Shown in pieces: positions 1 through 12,496 of a stretch of DNA of 64,000 nt. Made by a program: the position numbers and the translations under genes. The stretch covers positions 43,270-107,269 of the forward strand of contig NMRA01000896.1 of NCBI GenBank assembly GCA_002633005.1, given 5' to 3'. Source of the DNA: Phoronis australis (lineage: Eukaryota; Animalia; Phoronida). The notes beneath the pieces are model-generated. The model was given only the letters and a program-made list of their open reading frames with translations, was not told the origin of the DNA and searched no databases. Position 1 is the first letter of the stretch, and the number at the start of each line of letters is the position of its first letter.

Positions 1-1294
1 GCAGAGGGCATTTCACTCACAACTCAACAGAGGTCGCGCCAGTACAGTTTCACAAAGGCGGGAGGATCTGTGTCGTCATAATCTTCATCAGTTAATTTTT
101 TAATTCATACAAAAGAAAAAGTAAATTTCCAAGCAGAACTACTCATGAAATTCTCGCTTTCAGCTCAGACCAAATTAACTATAGAAGTACGGCGTGAGTT
201 GGGATAACACCGGATCTTGTCAACAGGTGTCAAGTGAGGAGCTAATAAATATCTAAACAGATCGCCAATGTATAAAGAAATGTTTGTAACCTTGCCTCTG
301 TAGTATCATTATTTTGTTTGGAACAGTGCTGTGGGCCTAAGGCCTTGAATATTTGAAATAAATAACAATTCGTTTTAGATAACCGTTGTACGTAAGTTTG
401 TGTGTCCGTTCGCTGACTAGTCTGCAACCACCGGACCTTTAGAACAATTTGGTGACTGCAGATGTCGGCGAGAGAGATACTCTTTCGTCAACGATTAAAC
501 TTCCTCCTTCTCGTAACCGACTTGTCGCCAGTTAGTTTAACTAACACACTTTTTGACAAAAGCTTCTAAAAACTTGAACTAACCTACTTTTTAAATATTA
601 TCACAATTTTGGGTCAGATTAAGACTTTGCTATTTATTATAGTTTGTAAACTAAATGTCAACCATCGTGGATTTTTTTAACAGAGCAGCTGTTGTAATAA
701 GCGACATATCCAATTTTTCTTACTAACCTAGGCAATTCTTCAAACGCATTTTGATGCCATAAATGTGAAAGTTGTTCTATAGGACTTCGTGGCAAATCTT
801 GGTCGACCAATTTCAGACCATTCGATTTGCAACGCTTTTGACGATTTTAAACATCGGCGTACAAAGTTTTCTTAAGGGATTGATAGATTTACAAAAATGC
901 ACCCTCATTTTGATAATCTATGAAGGAGAGGAGAAACGTGTCTTAGATTTTGTTCTACCACCAAGTATCATCTATCCGTAAATACTTCAAATTGTTTTTA
1001 AAAAAGATTTTGTTTGGTGGCACATCATTACTGTACCACTGACGAAGAGAGTCTCAGTAATGTTATCGGGCATATGCGCACATCGTGCAGTTTACACTTA
1101 CCGATGAGGTTATCGTCGAGATAACCTCAAAACTTTATGAAAATACATGCTTTACAACCTCAGGATAGTGTTTGTCAAGAGTGTTTAACGTTTGGATCAA
1201 GTGCGTTTAACAATGGCACGAAAACATTTCACCCGCAAAAGGTGTTTCCAGGAAAAGCAACCTCTTCAGCAACTTCCACTGCGTTTAATAACAC

Positions 1295-2518
1295 GGTGTT
1301 ACATAGAAACGAGAATCCCGGTGTAAAACAGATATCCTGGATTCAGAAAGAGGCTCACAAACCTTAAAAAGCTAATTCAGCTGAAAAACATGAACCCCGA
1401 CCTTTAAAATACGAACACGGACCTTTAAAACAGGAAACCCCGGGGACCGTACAAGAAACCCGGAGAATTTTGCCAATTTTCGGAGCCTAAAACTTTGAGT
1501 TAAAGCATCTTCGTCTGTGAGCAAATTTCTAACATAATTTTTATTCTCAACACATTGTTATCTCGGTGAATATTCAGTTAATTTCAGATTATCCAATTGT
1601 TTATCAAAAAATGGTCAAAAGTGAAAAACAAAAATATTGTTTCGACTTTCGCGTGCCATTGCTGATTAATTCCTTAAACATCTTTACAACTGAAAGCATT
1701 TAAAGGTTCGTCGATTTATTTGTCGAGGGTATATTATTTCATCCACAATCAGTTTCCGGATTTTGAAATGGACCGCGAGAACTGTTCGCTCAAAAGACCA
1801 GCACCGTCACCAATTTCACCGTTATTGCCCTAAAAAAACTGTGCTTCAACTCCTCATCGATCATTAAAACGGAATTTGGAATCAAATTTCTGAACTCAAC
1901 GCATTCACACTCTTTTTGGCGGATCACTGCTGTAAAATTTGTTCAGAAATTCTGTTCATTGGTATCAAAATACTAAAAACTTGTTACAAAATGAAACCAG
2001 TTCCGATAATTTGTTGTGACATGTACGTAACCTCGTGGAAGAAGAACAGTTGATTGAAGAATTGGAGAAAGAGAAACTGGTCAATAGGTGTCGTAATATC
2101 TCATGGCGCCGAAAGCCGACGAAAAAGATGGCACCACAACTTAAGCAGCAGAATTACGGTAGATCGCCAATCGGTCACCAAGTTGTCTAAAATTCTCATA
2201 CAGTAAAACAACATATCACAACAGCTATTTAAAAGAAGAAGACTATTTTTCATCAAAATGTGAAATTTATACATGTCGTATGAACGCAAGGCATTTAAAG
2301 ATACTAAGGTACTATTTTCTTGAGAAAAGCAATGTTTGACAGAAAGTGCGGGAGCGGTGTTTTAGACCCCAGATTCCTGTCTGATCGCCAGGATTCCTGT
2401 TTTAAAGGTCGATATTCATGTTTTTCGGGTTGGTTAACTATTTTGAAGGTGCGGGGGTCTGTTTTCGACTCCGGGATATCTGTTTTACACCGGGGTTGCA
2501 ATTTCGATGGAACATCTT
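1295..2518. mobile_element. Foldback/long-TIR element remnant
   Basis: About 1295-1440 is an imperfect inverted repeat of about 2385-2518 (cccggtgtaaaacagatatcc versus ggatatctgttttacaccggg). Confidence 0.6.
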
Positions 2519-3219
2519 GAAAAAGCGCACATATTTTGTTTCATGTGGGAACAGTTTTGCTCTCGAATATACCTTCGTTCAATTCAAACCCAAACCAATC
2601 GCAAACAGGTAGTCAGAGTTTTGTAAAAAAGCCTTATTGTGCAAGGCAAGGTCCGGCTGTGTTGTGTGCCAGGCCCCACACTCTGCTGATCTATTAAGTC
2701 TAAGAAGTCTAAACGCATTTCGAGGTTGAGGTTGCGCCGCGCATGCGTGGAATTTGTATGCATTTGTTCGTTCCGGTATTGGTTTTTATTATGGAATTTA
2801 CAATCACTAAAACTTTTCGCAACTCTGCCGTTCGTCTTTGAATTTGAAACAATTGAAGTTCGCAGGTTAGGTTCGGCAAAATTTATATTTCTTACATGGT
2901 TATGGGTCATTGGTAAATTCGTCGGCCTTTGGTATTTACTTGTGTTAGTCTACAGCAAACACCTAACCCTGAGAATCCTTATGAGGTTTGATAAGCAACA
3001 CTAAACGATTATGTCCCAAGTATGAGTAACCTTCAAGTGTTGGACCAAAAGAATCACTTTCAAAGTATGCTATAAATTTTTGAAATACCCCGTATATATG
3101 CTACCACTACAACGAATGCACTGCGCATGACTTACTCGAGGACTTGAGTTTCCAAGAAGTCCGCCATTTACAGTCTCGTCAATCTTAAATTATCAAGTGC
3201 TACTGAAAGCAAACTTATT

Positions 3220-3268
3220 ATGAAGACACTTGCCGTTTTGGTTTTGGTCATCTGCGTGGCAGCAAGCA
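3220..3268 (+). CDS. Ly6/uPAR three-finger GPI-anchored protein, paralogue A, exon 1 (signal peptide MKTLAVLVLVICVAAS)
   Basis: ATG at 3220, hydrophobic signal peptide, phase-1 donor A|GTGAGT at 3269; a near-identical exon is at 23228. Confidence 0.9.
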
Positions 3269-5179
3269 GTGAGTACATCAAAACGAATTTGTATCGAATC
3301 TTGATTTTATCCTAGTTATTACTGAAAACGTTGGAAATGGTAATAAATTTACGCTTTAACATTGTTTAAGCGGAAGACTCTGTTGGTAAAGAGGGATTCG
3401 GAATCAGTTTTGTTTTTGTAAATGAAGCACTTATAGTGACATTGATGATTTCACGCGCAGTGTTAGGATGGAATATACTAAGCAGAGTGTTGCATTCACA
3501 GGACATTCATAGGCAAAATGCACCATGTAACCCGGATCTGTGGCTTATTAAAACAACGTCAAAATATTTGTTCTTTTCAGAATAAACTGAGTGTAGTGTG
3601 AAATTATTTTTCCTGAACGTGTTAGCGGACACTACGATTATGTTTGCATCTATGTGTATCTGACTGATTAGTGAGACATTGACGGAGTTAAGCTTTGGCA
3701 GTGAGCCTATGGGAAAAAAGTCTTTGGGCGTTACTAATTTGACTTGCTCTCTTAGTCACGATTTCTACCCTTTTCGTAGACCGCGTCGCCCCTTTCTCCG
3801 CGATTTCCGAGCTCGCCCCCCACACCTCTTTCAAGAGGCCTCTGTGACTACGAGGCGGGTCCCCAAGTTTGTGCGAGTCACTAAAAGTTTAGCTAAATAT
3901 GCTTTAGCTTAAATGATAATCTGGCACAGCCTTCTTGATTTCGTTATGTCCACCCTTCTCGAGATTTGGCGGCAGACGCCGCAACTTACGCGAATGTCGC
4001 CGATACGGAATAACCACCAGACGGGAGTTTGGTTGATGAGTTAAAAATTATTAAAAGTGAACGGTCCCGTCTCTCATGCTTGGTCTATATTGGAAATCCG
4101 TACAAACCATAGATAATTATAAGTGTGGCTTCCATTGTGGGCCCATGGGTAGTTATTTAGAAAAATCTCGGTGTGCTATCGACCTAGAATCTGATGTCAC
4201 TTTTATACAGCAGCATTTTATAGTTTAGTTAACACCTCGCCACAGTGGAGCGCGTGATACAATTTGTGATTTAACACCACAACCGTCGAACTTTTTAACG
4301 AGCGTCACGTTGTTGAGCTATTGAACGTGATTTCAGTTGGTATGTCGTCACAGAACAAATGAGACAATGCTAAGCGCCTGATAAAAATATAGCTTCATAG
4401 CCCTTGACCTTAAACATCACCAATGTCATTGAAATATTTCCACCACGGGCACTAAGTTAAACATCAAAACCATAGATGCACAAATATTTGTTCGTTTACC
4501 ATAACTTCAATTCAACAGTTGTTTGCTATCACAAAACAGCTGACAGAATCCTACCAATGATTTACTTTCTTTTTAAACTTGTATGGGAGGAGGGGGGCTA
4601 TTGTTGCCACACGAGCAACAAAAGAGTTACGGTTTGTTTAGCGAAAAACCTGCGGTATATAACATCGGACTACAAAAGACGTTTGTTGACCTAGGTATCT
4701 AACCACGTTGGCGGCAGTCACATGCAGCAATAGGTCATGTCTCCTGTTAAGGGTACATTATTCTTTTTTTACAGCAGAAAAATACGTTGATAGGACTTTC
4801 ATTGGACGGCACAAACTTTTTAAAGTTGTTAGGTTTTACCAGGACGAGGAGTCTAATCTTATCACTCTCCATGGAAGTCGAAATTGTTAACTTTACCTTG
4901 AACTGTTCTACTGTTGTGAGAACTCAAGATGTCGATTCTTATGCACTTTTTCTAGCCAATCGTTTGCTTGGAACGTTCATAATCGGCACCACAGGATACA
5001 GGAAATCATATCAAATATCTCAAAAGCTATTGAAACATTGTTATACAGAATTTGTTAAATGCACGACACTTTTCATTGTTCAGAGTTTTTATTCCGTTAC
5101 GTTCGTACTTTCGGAACAAAACTCTACTCTCAACTGAACATAGATACAGTAACTGACCAAGCGACATAATTAAAAGACA

Positions 5180-5217
5180 CACAATATTTCGAAACATACT
5201 TGTTTCATTCTCAAGTG
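5180..5217 (-). ncRNA. Minimal hammerhead-ribozyme-like motif in the Penelope 3' region
   Basis: Minus strand reads CAC-UUGAGAA-U-GAAAC aaguau GUUUC-GAAA-UAUU-GUG. Confidence 0.6.
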
Positions 5218-5332
5218 AAGATACAATGACGCAGTAATACCACCACAGAGTATAAGCTGACGACACACACAGTGAGACACGGCGGGTGTGAAATACTGCA
5301 AAGAATGACTAATGAAGGGGGTAACAGAAAAG

Positions 5333-6859
5333 TCACGCAAACAACTGTAACGTGCGGCGCGACCCTGTTTGCTGCTCATTCAAAACAGGCTTCTCAAAAG
5401 CAATTAAAAGGGACTCTAATACTTTCAAACGCAGCACATCTTGCTCCACGTAGCGAATTGACGTGTTTTCCACAATTTCTTGACGGGTGATTTTACGTGA
5501 GTGGCATTGCAGAAAATGATTTTGAATGGCGCCATTTTGAAGATGCATGGATAACCGACGGGAAAGACTGCAAACCGTTTGACCAATGTAACATTGTTTG
5601 ACGTTTGAACGAAGACATTCGTTCATAGGGCATACAAACTCATAAACAACACTACACTGTGCAACGGGGCGTACTTTCGCTTTAGAAATGTTATTTTTCA
5701 TGACCAAGTTGGAGGACTTCCTATTCCGATAATAAATAATAACATCGAGGTGATCATCAGGCTTACAAACTTTAACATTGTCCCTTATAATTTTCTTAAT
5801 GGCGTGTTCGTCCTGGAGGTAATTATTAGACATGACATTTTTGTAAAATATCTTTTTGGTGACACCGATCCGACGTGCAGAGACTTCATAGCTAATTCTG
5901 GACACAAATCGCTTAATATGGAAATCCACAAAATCATTGGTATACCCATTATTCACCAGTGTTTGTTTTATGCGATCTACCTCTTGATTGAACAATAGCC
6001 AGTTGGACGACACCGAATACGCCACAACGGCTACCTTATACCGCTCAGGGCACTCACTTTTGGCGTGGAGACAGAAACCTTTATCAGTAGGCTTGTGGTA
6101 AACTGATGTAGAAAATTCACATGGAGAATGGTTCACAAGAACGTCCAAAAACGGAATCCTGTCATTTACAGGAAACTCGTGGGTAAACTTCAATACAGAG
6201 TGACGCTCAAGTTCATCACATACTGATAACAAGGCGTCAATGGCACAATAAACAAAAATATCAACTACATCACGTACATAGATAGGAATATCACCAATCA
6301 AATTGCTAGCCCTTTTTTCCACTTCAGACATATAAAATTCCAAGAAAGTAGGACCCAGAGGAGAGCCCATGCTCACACCATCTTTCTGCAAAAACAATTT
6401 CCCATTTATATGGCGAAATGGTACTTTGGTTGTGCAGATGGTTAACAGCTCTCTCATATGAGTTGGTGAAATGTCGGTTGGCTCTAAATGTGGGTGACGG
6501 TATACACTATCCAAAATGATAGTAATGGTCTCATCCACCGCTACGTTGGTGAACAAAGACTCAGCGTCAAGCGACATAGGTTGATAATGGGGGGATGGCA
6601 CTTGTGTGCGCAAAATGTCAATGAAATCCTCACGACATTCAACGGAGTAACGGCTCTGAATGTACGACTTTATGATGTTATCAAGATGCTTCGCTGTCTT
6701 GTACGTAGGCGTCAGGACTTGGGATATTATCGGCCGTAGAGGAACATCTTGTTTGTGTATTTTGGGATTACCATAGAGATAACCTTCGGAGTAGTCACCT
6801 TCGATTTCGAAGAAAATGCGAAACATTGTTATAGGAACCTTCGTAGATTGGACTGACAA
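5333..6859 (-). pseudogene. Penelope RT/GIY-YIG ORF, 508 aa, probably inactive
   Basis: The catalytic RYVDD motif reads RDVVD and the N-terminus is missing. Confidence 0.8.
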
Positions 6860-7364
6860 TAAGCAGCCATGGTCCGCTATTGTTTTAGAGTGAACGCAAC
6901 AACGAGAATTTTATAACTGAAAACGACTTGTAATTTATCACTCCCAATCTACCTCGTATTAAGTTCTTAAGGGACCCCCATAACTTTGGTCGTCACTAAA
7001 TTTACAGACACATTCCATTCTCGACAAAATTCATCTATATTAAACCATAGGTCTTTCAGTTTAACTGACGAGTCAGCACATAATTTGGATGCTAGGCAAA
7101 GTTGGAACGGGAGACTCCGTATGCTCTCAACCACTAGGTTAGGCTCCGGCAGTGATCTGCTGTGACACCACAGCACACTGAAGAGGGAGCCACCTCGCAT
7201 GAATAACTAGGAGCTGATCGGCGAGCTGTGAGCCTCATAGACTATCAAGTGAAATGTTCTCAGCGTACAGCGAGACAAATGCCCACTAACCTGTAAGCCT
7301 AGTAACGCCTCGCGGGATAAAGTCCTCAGTTCATGAACGTGAATTATGCGGCGAGCTCATTGTC

Positions 7365-8337
7365 TTTGGAACACCCCCAGCGTCGTCACCTTCTCACGGG
7401 TCTCAGTTTCCCGCGACACGTTACGAGTCCTCGAAGCGCGTCAGAGATGACCCGAAATGTAATTCTCAAATATGTGACCAATAAGCATGCGCGCACCCAG
7501 CCTTTAATATGGGGGGGGGGCTCGAATTTCTGGCGATGTGGACCTTTCGCTGACAAAAAAGCGGCAGGACTAAAAATAAAAAAACGGGGCTTCAAAACTG
7601 TGTGTCTGGACCTTTTTAGTGGACTTTTGTCTCGTTTTCTCGGACGTAAGGTTTCTCTGAGGCGGACCTTTTTGCCCACTTCGCCAATTGGGGGAGGGGG
7701 GGGGCCTCCATGGGTGNNNNNNNNNNNNNNNNNNNNNNNNGGGGGGGGGGCCTCCATGGGTGCGAGCAATGACGCATAGTTTCGATGTCAGTCAGTTTAC
7801 ACCCCAACTGACCCGACATCTGACTAGCCTAAAAGGCCGGGTCATCAGCCATCCCACTTTGCATTTGACGAATAAGGGACACTCGCATTAATTAAATAAA
7901 TCACAATCCACATCTGTGGAGTGTAGCATCCTGCTAAAGTACAATGGTGGCTTCTGCGTTTGAATAGCATGTACAGTCAAAAATGTTATAAACGAAAGAC
8001 TGTTTATCCAACTAAACGAGGGCAATGCTGTGAGTGACGAAGACTAGTTGACTGTGACCTTGGAGTGATTTTCACAATGCTGTGCCAACAGTTGTTGAGT
8101 CCTTGTAGGTTCTATGTGCTTGATCAGTAAAGATGTATTGGAAGGTAATATAGTCTTGCTCAGTGGTGACAGCGTATGCTACAAGTTGTTTTTAGCTGTG
8201 AGAAAGTAGTGGCGTGTTATTGTTTGTTTTTAAATAACTAAAAAGTAAAACGCATCAGTGACGCGTCAGCGTGTTAGAAATGACTCGTCACGTGTCAGAA
8301 AGGACCCGTCACAAGGTGACGCAAGTGGCGTTCCATA
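7365..8337. mobile_element. Non-autonomous DNA transposon with 6-bp TSD ATTGTC, IS3EU-like termini (T[T/A]TGGAAC...GTTCCATA)
   Basis: Imperfect inverted repeats of about 80 bp; ATTGTC on both sides; single ATTGTC empty site in unit B (about 27688 and 32088). Confidence 0.8.
7486..7771. mobile_element. G/C-tract MITE (CATGCGCGCACCCAG end) nested in the 7365-8337 element; inverted copy of 38058-38297
   Basis: Shared TIR and internal sequence; spans the N gap at 7717-7740; TSD not preserved. Confidence 0.75.
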
Positions 8338-8689
8338 ATTGTCAACCTAAGCGTGTCATGTGGCCCTAACAGTTGCCTCACTCCCGGCCTCTATTATCGT
8401 TAGAATCTCGTGGGGGTGAACATCCGCTGGTATCTGGTTCTACATTGGTCAACCAAGGACGAAGTCAATCGGTGTATTTAAACCATCGGAACATGAAAAC
8501 CATGCTTTTGCAACTTGAGTCACAATCCAGATGATAAACGCGGTTTGTTTGAAATCGTCGATTTCTAGGCGTGTTGTTTACAGCTCTACGTGATCTGAAT
8601 CCTGGACCAGACGTTCTCGCCACCTGGTGAACGGAAAAGTTCCAGCTGACTGATTGGAGCGCCCTCTAAGAACTTCACTGACGTCACTT

Positions 8690-9084
8690 TGCTGCGCGTG
8701 AACTTGGAATCTTGCTTAATCTCAAGGTCACGAACTTGGAATACACGAGGAAACTTGACAAGTTCACTCAAATAATCACGTTCCTGTCTATAAAATTTGC
8801 AATCCACTTGATTGAATTACAAGTTGATAAAATAACGCAAATTTTAACCAATACTTTTTTAACTATCGGCGATCTTAATCACCAAATATTAATTGATTTA
8901 ACCATTCACACATTCCTCCTATTTTTTGACACATGTTACGCTAAAGGAGATTGTGTGGCCAATAATTACAAAAATTCTTTACACACAACAAAAATATCAC
9001 CTGATTGCCCAAATGATGATTCAATTCCAAGTTCACACATACGCAATCTTGAGATTAAGCAGGTTTCCAAGTTCACGCACAGCA
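8690..9084. mobile_element. MITE with TIRs of about 40 bp (TGCTG...CAGCA) and 4-bp TSD ACTT
   Basis: TIRs and TSD visible; empty site in unit B near 33345; inverted second copy at 47355-47764. Confidence 0.85.
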
Positions 9085-9257
9085 ACTTTACAGAATGCAA
9101 AGGTCATCCCATTTGCAAAAATCGACCAGCCAGACTTGACGACAGTTGGCGAACGCCGGTAAAGCAATACCATGAAGGATGGAATAGCTGTTAACAAAAA
9201 ATGAAAAGGAGCTTTTAGTGTTCAGAAAGCGGCGAGTCGATGAATCTAATGGAATAT

Positions 9258-9396
9258 TACTGTGGCTGGGAAAAACATGCTAATTTATTTTTCCTAATTA
9301 TTCCCGTGCCCGAGTTATAGCTCGGGCGCTCGATTTATAAGTCGGGCGCTTGAATTAGGAAAAAGTAGACTAGTATGTACTTTCCCAGCCACCGTA
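9258..9396. mobile_element. Small MITE with TAC...GTA termini and 6-bp TSD GAATAT (IS3EU-like)
   Basis: TACTGTGGCTGGGAAA / TTTCCCAGCCACCGTA with GAATAT on both sides. Confidence 0.8.
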
Positions 9397-10409
9397 GAAT
9401 ATTGAATTCGGCTGCCGTATTTTCTGGCCGTAGCCTGGGTGCTCTCTTCTTCATTGAAACGCATCTGTAGAATTTCACGATGTTACAACAGGGGACTTAG
9501 TAGTTTGAGGTCGACTCAAAAAGGCAAAATTGCTAAAAGAGGGCTCAACAGTTGTCGGATCGGTCCGAAAGTCCTGTCTTCGTTAACAAGAACACATCTC
9601 GTAAAGAATTTGCTCTAGACACTGAGGCAGTCACAACAGAATAAAACATCCGTTTGAGTGGAAGGGGGCATAGCAGTAATCGGATTCGTCGTGAAACGAA
9701 AGTTCACCATACTCTCCTCACCAAAACATATCTGTAAAGATTCACAACTATACTTCACCGAACTTTTATCCACTTTGATTCTCGTAATTAGCACATTCCT
9801 TAATTTTACACTAAGTTATGCGAGACCCTAGAAAAATGGCTAACTTCAGAGCATCTTATTTCAATCATGACTGATCGAATTCAATTGAAACTTTCAGATA
9901 ATGTAATTCATGGGCTATTCATTAAAACTCTATTAGGAAATATTTTTAAATTGTCCCACTTTGGCACAAGGGCTATCAAAAATTGATTCTTTTGGATTAG
10001 GAATTTTATGAAAAAAATGCATCGAACGCAAACAAAAGGTTAATTTCAAAATCTGTAACAGTGTTTTTGAGATTTCGTCTCGATGATTTACGACAAACGT
10101 AATTTGGTCATGTCACTGACACTGTACCTTTTCTATGACCGCACCTTTATTTTTTGCACCAAAAAGACAAGGTCAGGTGACCGGCCGATCAAGATAAAAT
10201 CAGAAGTCAAATTCTGCGGGGATTCTACTTTTCCATGATATGGAGGTTTAAATAACCAAATTCTATACCTTTGTAGACATTTCTTCCACCTTAAAGTCCC
10301 ACATTACACAAGCACCCCGTGTAAAAGAAGTGCACCGTTATATCTGCGAAGTAGATAAAAATGGTGCGTAGCTTGGCGCAATAACTGACAGCTGTCTCCC
10401 CATTTTCAG

Positions 10410-10523
10410 ATGCTCTCACTTGCTACTCTTGTGCTAGCTGTGGTAGCGGTGTTGGAAACGTGGTCGAGTGCTCGTCCATCCTAGGGACTGCTGACTGCAT
10501 GAAGTCCTTCTATGAACTGGCCG
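10410..10523 (+). CDS. Ly6/uPAR three-finger protein, paralogue A, exon 2 ((N)ALTCYSCASCGSGVGNVVECSSILGTADCMKSFYELA(G))
   Basis: Acceptor cattttcag, donor G|GTAAGT, phase 1 at both ends; LxCYxC start typical of LU domains. Confidence 0.92.
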
Positions 10524-12496
10524 GTAAGTCTACAGTGCAACTGTACGTTACTTTTCAATCAACAGATTTGGAGCAGTTCAAGCCAGCCCTATGGTGTCAG
10601 CCGTCTGCACTAAGTTTCACAAACGGCTTGTATTTCTCACCTGACCCGTGTACATTATCCAATGTGGTATACAAGAAAAAATTAAAATATACAAATCACA
10701 GATCTGCATCGAACTTTCAGACTGTGAAGACGAGTATTTTTTACAGACGCTTCCAAGTTTCAGGTAAAACCGTACCGTGACAAGTTCTGATATCTTTTTA
10801 AAAGGGAACAGTGCATTTATCAGGAGGCGTTTCTTGGGCAACTTGGTATTAATTATTCACTATAAAAGGTAGGCCTACTTCTATTTTTTGTGAGTTTATT
10901 TCTATCAAAAAGAAACTACCAAGTCCTAAAATTTGACGCAGTGAAGAAGTTTGGTCCGAATAAGTTATGTTCTATTTCGTCTTCTCCGTTCTGATAATGC
11001 ACTCAGTGGCCAGGACGAATCTAAATCACCGTCAAATTTTCCTTCTTGTGTTGTATCTATTCGCACTTTTTGAGTGTACCTTTCAATTAGCGGTGAATTC
11101 GGTGAAATCCAGAAGTCTGGTGTTTGAACTGACTGACACATTATGGCCACTCAGCAGGCCAACAGTTTAACCTTATCAAGGACACGCTGCATGAATAAAA
11201 TACAAACTACCAGGAATTTTTACTTGTTACCGAGGTTCGACACTGTTTGCCAAAGCCCGTAAAGCAGTCGTTCTTTACGACATTGAAAATTTCTGAATGA
11301 TTTGAACATTATTTCTATTTCCAATAACTGATTGTTGTTTTAAAAAATGTTGTTTTTGCATTAAGTTTTGTTATTATAGGGTAAAATAATGGCGAGCGAC
11401 ATCATACTGAACAGTTACGGAACAGGAGTGTAAGCATTAGGTGTGACTTAATTCAAACAGCAGATTTTCATTTATTAAAGAAAAAACTTCTCAACTTAGG
11501 TTGTTTCCTTCAACAAATCATATTTCACAATCCTAACCACATATCAAAATCACCAGCAAGTGAAAAGTAGCGGGAGTAATTGTGGTCTAGACGTAGGCGT
11601 GCTTTCGAGTCGAATTGCTAATTGTTATATGAGAGCTAAAATAGTTCGGGGAAACCTTATTTTTTATTTCATAAGAAAACACAATAGGCATCAAAAATGT
11701 AAAAATTAACGGTGTAACATTTTAAGTTGAAGCCAAATCACTAAAACTGGAGGAACTCGAAACCCAGAGCAAACCTTTACTTACTCCGACGTACGAAAAT
11801 CCGGGAACCGGAAAACACAAACGAAGCAATTGAAACAGTACATTAAACTGAGATCGTGCATTAGAGGTGACTTTTGAGTAACCCATGTAAATTTCACATT
11901 TGTGCCAGAGAGACTAGTGGAAATCAAAGACCAAAATAAAAAACAACAAAAGATGGACTAAAATTGTATGTATATGACGAGGTATTTGTTAAGGCATAAT
12001 TTTTCGTATTAATTGGTTTCAACGTCGTGAATCCTTTCATGAACAACATGTAAATCATGACGTTTCTTCGTTTTTACCGGAATATTTTAAAGCACTATTT
12101 GTCAGTTGCCATCTTGACATTTTATAATAAAACTAGGAACTCAAAAAAGTGCATATCGAACCACACTGAAACCAGCAATAACCTACAAGGCTTATTCTAA
12201 ACCTGATCTATTTGAGTGCTCTATTCCTTGCCGTGGAGTCACTTAGCGCAGTCCGCCAACATCGATCATTCCTGTAATACTAGATAGAAAACTTAAGCTT
12301 CATGGTTTGGTAATGTTACAAAAGGATGACGTAATAGAAAACTATAACAACACAACACCTCCCCGCCTTATTGAGCGAAAGCTTGTCACAACATGCAGGT
12401 AAAAATCCACTACTACCAGTGAGTGATCTTTCTCTTACTGGACTGTGTCAGTGTAGTGAGAATTGAAAAGTTCAAAGGGTATTTTTTATTCTACAG

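Larger units (their letters stand above)
4940..6859 (-). mobile_element. 5'-truncated Penelope-like retroelement (RT plus C-terminal GIY-YIG endonuclease), antisense in intron 1 of paralogue A
   Basis: ORF 5333-6859 has PKIHK..PLRPIIS, SLDAESLFTNV, GVSMGSPLGP, IPFLDV, VYHKPT and VVYEFVC...YIGQT..L.RRL..H. It is absent from unit B. The 3' boundary is approximate. Confidence 0.93.

Noticed and set aside
5333-6859. Naiad-type selenoprotein-encoding Penelope
   Set aside because: The endonuclease is C-terminal (Naiads have it N-terminal) and there are no in-frame UGA codons.
7690-7761. Tandem repeat of ggggggggcctccatgggtg
   Set aside because: The same sequence on both sides of an N gap is most likely an unmerged contig overlap.
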